Source: Solirubrobacterales bacterium
GTDB lineage: Bacteria; Actinomycetota; Thermoleophilia; Solirubrobacterales; 70-9
Direction of reading: 5' to 3'
NCBI GenBank assembly: GCA_050697155.1
Contig: JBOGZD010000001.1
Coordinates: 3,670 to 67,669, forward strand
DNA length: 64,000 nt
The notes beneath the pieces were generated by a model that made no database searches, was not told where the DNA came from, and saw nothing but the letters and a program-made list of their open reading frames with translations. Numbering within the stretch: the first letter of the stretch is position 1; the number at the start of each line of letters is the position of its first letter. The translations under genes were made by a program, and so were the position numbers. Of the stretch, positions 44,066-52,619 are shown in pieces.

Positions 44066-45115
44066 GTGAAACCGGTTGTAGAGACAGCGTCCGAGCTTGC
44101 GGGTCCGCTCGCGGACGAGTGGGGGGAGCTCGCATCGGCGACCGCAGCGCCGCCATTCCTGCGACCGCGCTGGATCGACAGCTGGTGGCGCGCGTTCGGA
44201 TCCGGCACGCTCGTGATCTTGGTCCTTCGACGGGCGGGCCGCCTGGTCGGGGTCATGCCGCTGGCCCGCCGCCGCGGGGCCCTCGTCTCGACATCCAACT
44301 GGCACACGCCGGCGTTCTCCCCCGTCGTCGAAGACGAGGAGGCCCTCGCCGAGCTGGTCCGGGCGGCCCTCGAACGGACGCGGGTTCGGCTCGATCTCGC
44401 GTTCGTCGACGAGGCGTCGCCGGCAATCGAAACCTGTGTCCGGGTCAGTGAAGCCGGGGGATTTCGACTCTCAAGTCGGGCGCTCCTGCGGTCCCCCTAC
44501 CTGGACATCGAGGGCGACTGGCAGGCCTACGAGGATCAGCTGCCGTCGCGAAAGAAGAAGAAGTATCGGCGGTTCCGGCGGCGTCTGGATGAACAGGGGG
44601 AGGTATCCATCGAGCTCTCGGACGGAACCTCCGGGCTGAGCGAGCTCCTGCGCCAGGGATTCGAGATCGAGGCGGCGGGATACGAGGACAGGCCCGGGAC
44701 GGCGATCATCGCGCGGCCCGAGACGAAGCGCTTCTACACCGAGGTCGCGGAGTGGGCTGCTGAGCGAGGGTGGCTGCGGCTGTGGATGCTGCGGCTCGAC
44801 GGCGCGCCGATCGCATTCGGCTACGGGCTGGAACACGACCGCGTCTACTTCGACCTCAAGATCGGCTTCGAACCCAGGTACGCAGCGCTTGGACCCGGGG
44901 TGCTCCTGTTGAGGGAACGCCTCCAATATGCGTTCACAGCGTCGCTGAGGACGTACGAATTCCTCGGCGCCCCCGAACGGCACAAACTCGACTGGACGGA
45001 GACCCTGCGCGGGCGGATGAAGTTGCAGGTCTTCGCCCCGACGATCGGCGGCATCGCGAGCAGGATCGCGTGGGAGCGCGGGCGCCCGATCGCGAAGCGG
45101 CTGCTCAGGCGGTGA
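44066..45115 (+). CDS. CelD/BcsL-like (FemAB-fold) GNAT family protein, second copy
   Basis: LADEWGELASATAAPPFLRPRWIDSWWRAFG ... DWQAYEDQLPSRKKKKYRRFRRRL ... YFDLKIGFEPRYAALGPGVLL ... YEFLGAPERHKLDW. Confidence 0.7.
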   Translation: MKPVVETASELAGPLADEWGELASATAAPPFLRPRWIDSWWRAFGSGTLVILVLRRAGRLVGVMPLARRRGALVSTSNWHTPAFSPVVEDEEALAELVRAALERTRVRLDLAFVDEASPAIETCVRVSEAGGFRLSSRALLRSPYLDIEGDWQAYEDQLPSRKKKKYRRFRRRLDEQGEVSIELSDGTSGLSELLRQGFEIEAAGYEDRPGTAIIARPETKRFYTEVAEWAAERGWLRLWMLRLDGAPIAFGYGLEHDRVYFDLKIGFEPRYAALGPGVLLLRERLQYAFTASLRTYEFLGAPERHKLDWTETLRGRMKLQVFAPTIGGIASRIAWERGRPIAKRLLRR

Positions 45116-46271
45116 TCCGCCCCGCGAGGCGCTCGTAGATCCGAGCGACCTCGCGGACCGTGACCTCGATGTCGAACTCCCGCCGCCGCCGCTCCCTCGC
45201 CCGCCGACCCATCTGCTCTGCGCGCGCGCGATCCCCGAGCAGCTCCGCGATCGCGTCCGCGAGCGCCAGGTGGTCGCGACGCTCCACCAGCTGGCCGTGG
45301 ACCGCGGGCTCGATCAGGTCCGGAACCCCGCCTACCCGGGTCGAGACGACCGGCAGCCCGGCCTCCATGTACTCGAGGATCGAGAGCGGGGTGCCCTCGA
45401 AGTCAGACGAGGAGGCGGCAACGTCTACGCCTCTGAGCACGTCCGGGACGTCCGGCCGATATCCCAGCAAGGTCACGGTCCCCTCGAGTCCCAGCTCGGC
45501 GATCTGACGCTCCAACGCCCCTCGCTCCTCCCCCTCACCCACGATCAGGATGCGGACTCCAGGCACGCGGTCGGCGAGAACCCCCGCGGCGCGAACGAGC
45601 ACATCGAGCGCCTTCTGGGGTCGAAGCGAGCCAACGTTGCCGACCACCGGCGCCCCGGGCTCGATCCCGAGCTCGCGCCGCACGTCCCGCCCGCTGGGGG
45701 GCGGAAGAGGCGGGATCCCGTTCGGGACGAAGATCAGCTTCTCAGCCGGGATGCGCTCGATCTCGATCATCCGCCGGCGATCCTCTCTGGAGACGGTGAG
45801 GAAGGCATCCACGTTTCGCGCGATCAGGTTTCGATCGAGAAACCTCCTCATCGGCTGGCCGACGAACGACCAGGTGTGTTCGTGGGCGACCACCACCGGC
45901 GTCCGGGCGATCGTCCCGAGGACGGCGCCCCAGAGATTGGAGCCGAACTTGTGAGCGTGAAGCACGTCGATCCGCTCTCGCCTCAGCAGCGAGAGCAGCG
46001 GACGCCACGCTCGCAGGTCGCGTGCGGATCGACGCTCGAGGCCGAGGAACCGGACCCCGGCATCGTCGAGGCGACGGAGCGCCTCGGCGATCTCGGGCTG
46101 ACGCGCGGATCCAGGCGACCACCTGCTCACGCAAAGCGTCCGCTCGAACCGCTCCGGATCGAGTCGCGCGATGATCTCGTGCGCGAGCGTCTCTCCGCCG
46201 CCGGCGGGAAGGATGCCGTCGACGAGGGTGACCACCCGCAGCCTCGATCGGTGTCGGAGATCTCGATCCAT
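45105..46271 (-). CDS. GT4-family glycosyltransferase
   Basis: LRVVTLVDGILPAGGGETLA, SDFEGTPLSILEYMEAGLPVVSTRVGGVPDLI. Confidence 0.8.
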   Translation of the reverse strand: MDRDLRHRSRLRVVTLVDGILPAGGGETLAHEIIARLDPERFERTLCVSRWSPGSARQPEIAEALRRLDDAGVRFLGLERRSARDLRAWRPLLSLLRRERIDVLHAHKFGSNLWGAVLGTIARTPVVVAHEHTWSFVGQPMRRFLDRNLIARNVDAFLTVSREDRRRMIEIERIPAEKLIFVPNGIPPLPPPSGRDVRRELGIEPGAPVVGNVGSLRPQKALDVLVRAAGVLADRVPGVRILIVGEGEERGALERQIAELGLEGTVTLLGYRPDVPDVLRGVDVAASSSDFEGTPLSILEYMEAGLPVVSTRVGGVPDLIEPAVHGQLVERRDHLALADAIAELLGDRARAEQMGRRARERRRREFDIEVTVREVARIYERLAGRITA

Positions 46272-46291
46272 CTAGGCTACGGCGCGCGACG

Positions 46292-47299
46292 ATGCGGGGC
46301 CCTGGGGTTGAGAGCGCGCGACGGATCGCGGTCGGCCGTCGCTTGCCGTCCGGCCGGCCGACAAGGTTCGGAACCTCCGGCGACTTCACCGGAGGGGTCG
46401 GGCCGAACATCGAGCCCCGTGCCATTCGCGGTTACTACATCGATCTGCGGTCCAAGGCTCCGGCGCCGGGGTGGCCTCCGGACTGGTATACCGCCCCGCC
46501 GCGGAACTATGTCTGGATCACGCAATGGGGGCTCGCCTTCCACGAGCACCATCTCGAGGACGGGGACGAGGGGTGGTTGCAGGCCGCGCTTGCGGTCGGC
46601 GATCACCTGCTGGAGCTCCAGGAGCCCGAGGGGCGCCTGGTGGGCGGCTGGGTCCACCGTTTCCCCTACAAGCACACCTATCACCTCCCGCCGCCGTGGC
46701 TCTCCGGGATGGCTCAGGGCCAAGGCGCGAGCCTACTGGTTCGGCTGTACAGCGCGACCGGCGACGAGCGCTACGCGGAGGCCGCGATCCGCGCCCTGGA
46801 GCCAATGCGCCACTCGACACTCGACGGAGGCGTAGCCGGGGATCTCGGCGGCGGGTTCTTTCCCCAGGAGTATCCGACCAACCCGCCCGCGCACGTGCTC
46901 AACGGCGGCATCTTCGCGCTCTGGGGCTGTTACGACGCCGCCCTTGCCCTCGGCGACGACCTGGGCCGACAGCTCGCGGCCGAAGGGATCGCGACCCTCG
47001 CCGAGTCGCTGCCCAGGTGGGACACCGGGTACTGGTCCCGCTATGACCTCTTCCCGCACCCGCTCGCACACCTCGCCACCCCCATGTACCACCGCCTCCA
47101 CACCGACCAGCTGCGGGCGATGGCGTTGATCGACACGAATCCCGAGTTCAGCAGGACCGCTGAGCGGTTCGATGGCTACGCGCGCTCCCGCGTCAACGTC
47201 GGACATGCCTTTGCGCGCAAGGTGCTCTTCCGGCTCGCCGTCCCCCGCAACCGCTGGCTCGCCTTCCGAACGCCGTGGACGCGACGCTCGGGTCGATGA
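46292..47299 (+). CDS. D-glucuronyl C5-epimerase C-terminal-domain-like protein
   Basis: Blocks YVWITQWGLAFHEHHL, PPWLSGMAQGQGASLLVRLYSATGDERY and HVLNGGIFALWGCYD match my memory of the GLCE C-terminal domain (WxSAMAQGQAxSxLxRAY, LNGFxxxLxGLYD). Confidence 0.65.
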   Translation: MRGPGVESARRIAVGRRLPSGRPTRFGTSGDFTGGVGPNIEPRAIRGYYIDLRSKAPAPGWPPDWYTAPPRNYVWITQWGLAFHEHHLEDGDEGWLQAALAVGDHLLELQEPEGRLVGGWVHRFPYKHTYHLPPPWLSGMAQGQGASLLVRLYSATGDERYAEAAIRALEPMRHSTLDGGVAGDLGGGFFPQEYPTNPPAHVLNGGIFALWGCYDAALALGDDLGRQLAAEGIATLAESLPRWDTGYWSRYDLFPHPLAHLATPMYHRLHTDQLRAMALIDTNPEFSRTAERFDGYARSRVNVGHAFARKVLFRLAVPRNRWLAFRTPWTRRSGR

Positions 47300-48057
47300 A
47301 CGACATCCTCGTCCTCTGCTACCACGCGATCAGCGGAGACTGGGAGGCGAGCATCTCGGTGACGCCCGAGCGCTTCGAGGGACAGATTCGGGCGCTGCTC
47401 GAGCGCGGCTACCGCGGCGCGACCGTGAGCGAGGCGCTGACCGGGCCGCGAGAGGAAAAGACCCTGGTCGTGACCTTCGACGACGCCTATCGCTCCGTTG
47501 CCAGACACGCACGCCCGATCCTCGTCGGCCTCGGCGTGCCCGGGACCGTGTTCGTGCCGACCGCGTTCCCCGGGACCGAGCGGCCGATGTCGTGGCCGGG
47601 GATCCATACCTGGCTCGGCGGGCCCCACGAGCACGAGCTGGTTCCCTCGTCGTGGTCGGAGCTCGAGGCGCTCGCGGACGATGGTTGGGAGATCGGCTCC
47701 CACACGCGAACTCACCCGAGGCTTCCGCGGCTCGATGACGCCGCCCTTCGCGAGGAGCTCGAGGGGTCCCGTGCCGACTGCGAGCAGCGGCTCGGGATCC
47801 GCTGCCGCTCGATCGCATACCCCTACGGCGACTGCGACCCCCGAGTCGCAGCGGCCGCGCGCGTAGCCGGCTACGTCGCAGGGTGTGCGATGTCACGGCG
47901 GGTGGAGCGCCATGACCCGCTGCTTTGGCCGCGCGTCGCCATGTACGAGCGCGACCACGGCCGGCGCTTCGATCTCAAGGTGTCACCCGCGCTCAGGTAT
48001 GCCAGGGCCGGAGCGGCCTGGGCGATCCGTGGGACCTTGAAGCATCGGCGAGGATGA
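47296..48057 (+). CDS. CE4 polysaccharide deacetylase
   Basis: ATGA overlap with the upstream gene. Motifs TFDD, GSHTRTHP, IAYPYG. Confidence 0.85.
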   Translation: MNDILVLCYHAISGDWEASISVTPERFEGQIRALLERGYRGATVSEALTGPREEKTLVVTFDDAYRSVARHARPILVGLGVPGTVFVPTAFPGTERPMSWPGIHTWLGGPHEHELVPSSWSELEALADDGWEIGSHTRTHPRLPRLDDAALREELEGSRADCEQRLGIRCRSIAYPYGDCDPRVAAAARVAGYVAGCAMSRRVERHDPLLWPRVAMYERDHGRRFDLKVSPALRYARAGAAWAIRGTLKHRRG

Positions 48058-49577
48058 ACGAGACCGAGTCCCCTCGCGGCCTCACCGGGACGGTGGTCAG
48101 GGGGGTCAGCTTCGCCGGGGGCGGCTTCCTGCTCGCCCGCGGGATCACGTTCGCCGCCTACGTGGCGCTCGCGCGGCTGGTGACCCCGACCGAGCTCGGC
48201 CAGTTCACGGCCGGCACGATCCTGATCGCAATCGGCTTCCTGTTCGCCGAGTCCGGGATGGCCGCGGCGGTCATCCACCGGCGGGACCGGCTCGAGGAAG
48301 CCGCCGCGACGGCGGTGGTCGCAACCGTCCTCATCGGGATCACCACGGCGCTTCTCAACCTGGCGGCGTCGCCTCTGCTGGGGAGCTTCTTCGATGACAG
48401 CGCCACCGTCGCCGCCGTCGCGGCGGCGACGTCAGGGGTGCTGTTCCTAGGTTCCGCTCGCGTAGTCCCGAACGCTCTGCTCCAGCGGCGCTTCTCATTC
48501 CTACGCCGCATCGTCGTCGAGCCCGCATCGGCGCTCGCGTTCGCCGTGGGGGCGATCATCGCCACATCCGAGGGCATGGGCGTCTGGGGCCTCGTCGTCG
48601 GGCAGTACGCGTCGGCCGTCACCGACTTCATCCTCTCGTGGGGCCTCGTCCGCTGGAGGCCGAAGGCGCGCTTGGTGTCATTTGGGATGTGGCGCGAGCT
48701 GGTCGCCTACGCTCGCCACGTCCTCGTCGGGACCGCGATAAGGAGGATCGGGAACCGCATCCCGCTCGCCGCGGCCGGGGGGTTCGTGAGCGCTGCCGCG
48801 CTCGGCCAGTTCCAATACGCGACCCGGGTCGTCGGGGTGCCGTTCGCGTTTCTGGTCTCGGGGATCTCCTACGTCGTCTTTCCGGCCTTCGCGCGGATCT
48901 CCCACGACGCCCGGCGATTCGAGCCGGCCTTCATGCGCTCGTTCCGGTGGACGATGCTGGCCGCGGCTCCCATCGGGATGATCCTGCTCGTGCTCGGAGA
49001 GCCGTTCGCGGTGCTCGTCTTCGGGGAGCGCTGGGAGCAGGCCGGCGAGGCGACCCGAGCGCTGGCCCTGTTCGTGCCCGCCCAGATGGTCGCGCAGATG
49101 ATCGGTGAGGCATTCAAGGGCACGGGACACCCCGTGGAGCGAACCTGGGTCAACGCGATCGGCGTGCTCGCCGGGGTGATCGCAATGGCGGCGTTGATCC
49201 CGCCGTTCGGACTGATCGGCGTGGCGGTCGGGGTCTCGGTGGATGCGCTGGCGGGAGCGATCTCGTCGGTTCGCCGAGCACATCGGGCGATGGGGATTCC
49301 GATGCGCCCGATGCTGGCGGCGATCGCGGCGCCACTCCTGGCCACCGCGCCGATGGTTGGCGTCGTGCTCCCGCTGGACACGCTGCTCGTCGACGCTGGG
49401 GACCGAGGCACGGCGGCGGGCCTTGCCCTCCTGGTGGGTGAGGGCCTGGCCGGGCTCGCGATCTATGCCGCGGCAGTGCGTGCTTTGTCACCCGGGGTCA
49501 CCGGCGAGCTCGCCGCGCTGCTGCGAACTGGGCGCCGCGGCGGCGGCCAGCCGTCCCCGGTCGCGTGGGACGCCTGA
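48054..49577 (+). CDS. Wzx-type (MOP superfamily) polysaccharide flippase
   Basis: ATGA overlap with the deacetylase. About 14 TM segments. N-terminal RGVSFAGGGFLLARGITFAAYVALARLVTPTELGQF is typical of polysaccharide-biosynthesis (PST) proteins. Confidence 0.75.
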   Translation: MNETESPRGLTGTVVRGVSFAGGGFLLARGITFAAYVALARLVTPTELGQFTAGTILIAIGFLFAESGMAAAVIHRRDRLEEAAATAVVATVLIGITTALLNLAASPLLGSFFDDSATVAAVAAATSGVLFLGSARVVPNALLQRRFSFLRRIVVEPASALAFAVGAIIATSEGMGVWGLVVGQYASAVTDFILSWGLVRWRPKARLVSFGMWRELVAYARHVLVGTAIRRIGNRIPLAAAGGFVSAAALGQFQYATRVVGVPFAFLVSGISYVVFPAFARISHDARRFEPAFMRSFRWTMLAAAPIGMILLVLGEPFAVLVFGERWEQAGEATRALALFVPAQMVAQMIGEAFKGTGHPVERTWVNAIGVLAGVIAMAALIPPFGLIGVAVGVSVDALAGAISSVRRAHRAMGIPMRPMLAAIAAPLLATAPMVGVVLPLDTLLVDAGDRGTAAGLALLVGEGLAGLAIYAAAVRALSPGVTGELAALLRTGRRGGGQPSPVAWDA

Positions 49578-49591
49578 ACCGCGGCTCGGCC

Positions 49592-50497
49592 TCAGTCGAG
49601 CCAAGCGTCGAGATCGATGCCGAGCAGAGCGCGTAGCTCCCCAACCTGCTCGGCGATCAGTGGGCGGAGTGGCTCGATGACGGCTGGGGCAACGGGCGGT
49701 CGCTCCTCGAACCGCGTGTTCCATCGCCTGAGCACCGCTCCCCCGCGACGGCGCCACTCCTGCGAGCTCACGGCGTGCATCATCCGGCGAAATGGCTGGG
49801 GCGGGCGGCCGATGAGGCGGCTCATCGCCCGGCTCCTGGGTCGCTTGTTCGGGTTGACCACCTCGAAGGCAGGCGAGAAACTCGAGTCCACGCCGAGAAC
49901 CGCGCACGTGTCGCGGAAGGCGCCCGCGGTGTCGTCGCGGAATCGGTCGTAGACGATCGCGTGGACCCGCTCGCGGCCGAACAGGTCAAGGTAGCGGCGG
50001 AGCTGCTCTCCGTAGCGAACCGCGGAGCGATAGGAGCGCGGTGGGAATCCGGGCGGCGTGCCCGCCCGCTCGCGCTCATCATCGAGCGCCAGCGCGCGCT
50101 CGAAGTCGGGTTCCGGCTCAAGCCCTACGAAGACGAATTGCGAATGCAGCGAAGGCAGCATCTCGACCGGGTTGCGCAGCATGACCAGGATGTCCGCCTC
50201 CGGGCAGAACTCCTTGATCTCCCTCGCCGCGGTCGACGAGTACAGGTACCAGACCGAGGCCTCGCCGCGCCTGCGCCTGCCCTCGAGCCCCTCGAAGTAG
50301 CCCAGGTACTCGTCCCTGGTCGGCGGCCGTGCACCGGGCTTGACCCACATCCGCGGATACAGGTCGGTGGCGAAATGGTGGCTCTCCTTGTGCGGGCACA
50401 TCCCGATCTCGGGGTGCTGGCCGAGGAAGTCGGCCATCGCGGTCGTCCCGCATTTCGGCGCTCCGATGAGCAAGAAATCAGGGCCGACGGGCGTCAT
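49592..50497 (-). CDS. PAPS-dependent sulfotransferase (Sulfotransfer_1-like)
   Basis: 5'-PSB loop FLLIGAPKCGTTAM and 3'-PB region LVMLRNPVEMLPSLHS. ATG at 50497 preferred: the first 13 codons after the track start at 50584 are A/T-rich at third positions. Confidence 0.75.
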   Translation of the reverse strand: MTPVGPDFLLIGAPKCGTTAMADFLGQHPEIGMCPHKESHHFATDLYPRMWVKPGARPPTRDEYLGYFEGLEGRRRRGEASVWYLYSSTAAREIKEFCPEADILVMLRNPVEMLPSLHSQFVFVGLEPEPDFERALALDDERERAGTPPGFPPRSYRSAVRYGEQLRRYLDLFGRERVHAIVYDRFRDDTAGAFRDTCAVLGVDSSFSPAFEVVNPNKRPRSRAMSRLIGRPPQPFRRMMHAVSSQEWRRRGGAVLRRWNTRFEERPPVAPAVIEPLRPLIAEQVGELRALLGIDLDAWLD

Positions 50498-50562
50498 CGC
50501 CACCAGCGTAGTGATCGCCAGCGCGTCGGAGGCGCTCAGGGAGGGATCGGCTGCTTCACCGC

Positions 50563-51579
50563 CTAACGGATCAGATCCGGGCATCGGCTGTCCTCCGCCA
50601 AGCGCAGATCGGCCGCCTCGCGATCGACGAACAGCGGGTCCGCGTGGACGTTGTCGATCGCCTCGAAACCGATGGCTGGGCTCTGGACACCGCCCGACTC
50701 CAGGCTCCGCGCGCCGCCGAAGACGCAGTTGCTTCGGACGAGGTTCCCGGTCCCCTCACGACCGTCCGGCCAAAACGATTCGACGTTGAAGCGGAGGTTC
50801 GAGTTCGTGATCACGTTGTCCTCCACCAGGTTGTCCTCGGAGACCTCGCCATCCTCGCCCGAGAACAGGATCCCTTGTCCGTTGCCGTCGATCACGTTCC
50901 CGGTGATCACCGAACCGTCGGCGTCCGGATAGAGCTGGACCCCGCGGTCCGCGTTCGAGTAGATCCAGTTGCCGCGGATCACGGTCCGGTCGGCGTGGGC
51001 GACGTAGATGCCGTGATCGTGGTTGGTGGCCGGGAGGCGGCCGCAGTCATGGATGCGATTGCGTTCGATCACCGTGCCAACCGCGTCGCCGTAGTCGTCG
51101 TCGCCGAGCACGAAGCAGATCGCCGTGTGGTCATTGGTGACGTCGTTGCCGCGAAAACGGACCGCGTCGCCGTTCACGGTCGGGCTCGGGAGCCCGCGCG
51201 TGTTGCGACCGTTGAGGGTCAGGTTCTCGATCGTCACCGCGTCGCCTCCCTCCCTGATCCAGAGCCGGCCTTCGAGCGTCGCCCGCTCTCCCGGATAGCT
51301 GCTCAGGGTCACGCCGCGGGCGGAGATCGCGATGTCGTCCTCGGAGCGGTGGACGCCATCGCGCAGGCAGGCCGTCTGCTGCGGAGCGAGCGCGGCGACG
51401 AAGTCGTCAACCGAGCCGCCTGGCTTCGCCACCACATCGCAGACGAGGTTGCTGGATCCCATCGGCGCCGACGCTTCATCCGGGTCATCGCCCCATGAGA
51501 TCAGGGCGGCCGCCGCGCCGGCAGCGATCAGCGCGGCGAACGCAACCAGGTACGCGAGCCCACCACGCGGCACGTTCAT
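50563..51579 (-). CDS. Secreted right-handed parallel beta-helix protein, paralog 1 (BH1)
   Basis: Signal peptide from ATG 51579. Periodic N-x-I/V-x-x-N coils. Conserved core HDCGRLPATNHDHGIYVAHADRTVIRGNWIYSNADRGVQLYPDADGS. Confidence 0.65.
   Translation of the reverse strand: MNVPRGGLAYLVAFAALIAAGAAAALISWGDDPDEASAPMGSSNLVCDVVAKPGGSVDDFVAALAPQQTACLRDGVHRSEDDIAISARGVTLSSYPGERATLEGRLWIREGGDAVTIENLTLNGRNTRGLPSPTVNGDAVRFRGNDVTNDHTAICFVLGDDDYGDAVGTVIERNRIHDCGRLPATNHDHGIYVAHADRTVIRGNWIYSNADRGVQLYPDADGSVITGNVIDGNGQGILFSGEDGEVSEDNLVEDNVITNSNLRFNVESFWPDGREGTGNLVRSNCVFGGARSLESGGVQSPAIGFEAIDNVHADPLFVDREAADLRLAEDSRCPDLIR
50879..51108. repeat. 230-bp segment identical to 51904..52133
   Basis: Compared base by base by eye; offset 1025 bp. 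It lies inside BH1 and encodes the conserved NHDHGIY core. Confidence 0.9.
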
Positions 51580-51587
51580 GTTGGAGG

Positions 51588-52577
51588 CTAGCGTTGCAGC
51601 AGCCGGCTGCAGGGGCTGCGATCGCGGAGGCGGAAATCCGCCCCGTTGCGATCGTAATAGTGGGGATTGGCAATGACGTTGCCGAACGCCGAGTACCCAA
51701 GCGCGGGGGTCTCCAGCCCGCCATCCTGATCGCCTCTCGCACCACCGAACAAGCAGTTCCGCCGCACCACGTTGTCCGTCCCGATCGGGCCTTGCCAATG
51801 GTCCTCGACGTTGTGCCGGAGGATCGAGTTGGTAATCGCGTTGCGGGCGACCAGGTTGCGGTCAGAGGAGAGATCGCCGGAGCCCGCGAAGAGGACCCCC
51901 TCGCCGTTGCCGTCGATCACGTTCCCGGTGATCACCGAACCGTCGGCGTCCGGATAGAGCTGGACCCCGCGGTCCGCGTTCGAGTAGATCCAGTTGCCGC
52001 GGATCACGGTCCGGTCGGCGTGGGCGACGTAGATGCCGTGATCGTGGTTGGTGGCCGGGAGGCGGCCGCAGTCATGGATGCGATTGCGTTCGATCACCGT
52101 GCCAACCGCGTCGCCGTAGTCGTCGTCGCCGAGGATCACGCAGCTCGATGAGAGATTGCGGATCCGATTGCCCTCGAGCCGCACGCGGTTCGCCGTCACG
52201 GTAGGGCTCGGCAGGCCCCGAGCGTTGGCGCCGTTCAGGTTCAGGTTGCGGATCGAGACCCGATCGGCCCGCCGTGTGATCCAGATGCGACCGACGAGAC
52301 GGGCCGGCTTTCTCCGGCGAAGACTGGTCAGCGCCACTCGCGGCCGCGTGAACTTGATGTCTCGCCGGTTGGCGCGATAGAGCCCGGGCGCGAGACACCC
52401 CGTTTCGCCGCGCCGGAGCGAATCCACGAACGCGCGGGGGCTCGCACCCACCGTCGCCACGCGGTCGCACCGCCCCTTCCCGGGGTCGGTTGCTGGCGCC
52501 GCGTCAGGCGACGCGAGGCCGGCTAACGTCGCGACCGCGAACGCGGCGCGCACGGATCTGAGCCACGGAGACTGCAC
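51588..52577 (-). CDS. Secreted right-handed parallel beta-helix protein, paralog 2 (BH2)
   Basis: GTG start and signal peptide (AAFAVATLAGLASPDAA). Same core as BH1. Confidence 0.65.
   Translation of the reverse strand: MQSPWLRSVRAAFAVATLAGLASPDAAPATDPGKGRCDRVATVGASPRAFVDSLRRGETGCLAPGLYRANRRDIKFTRPRVALTSLRRRKPARLVGRIWITRRADRVSIRNLNLNGANARGLPSPTVTANRVRLEGNRIRNLSSSCVILGDDDYGDAVGTVIERNRIHDCGRLPATNHDHGIYVAHADRTVIRGNWIYSNADRGVQLYPDADGSVITGNVIDGNGEGVLFAGSGDLSSDRNLVARNAITNSILRHNVEDHWQGPIGTDNVVRRNCLFGGARGDQDGGLETPALGYSAFGNVIANPHYYDRNGADFRLRDRSPCSRLLQR
51904..52133. repeat. 230-bp segment identical to 50879..51108
   Basis: Second copy, inside BH2. Confidence 0.9.
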
Positions 52578-52619
52578 CCGAGCGGGGCAGCCTACAGCCG
52601 CCCGCTGGGCGGGGCGCCG

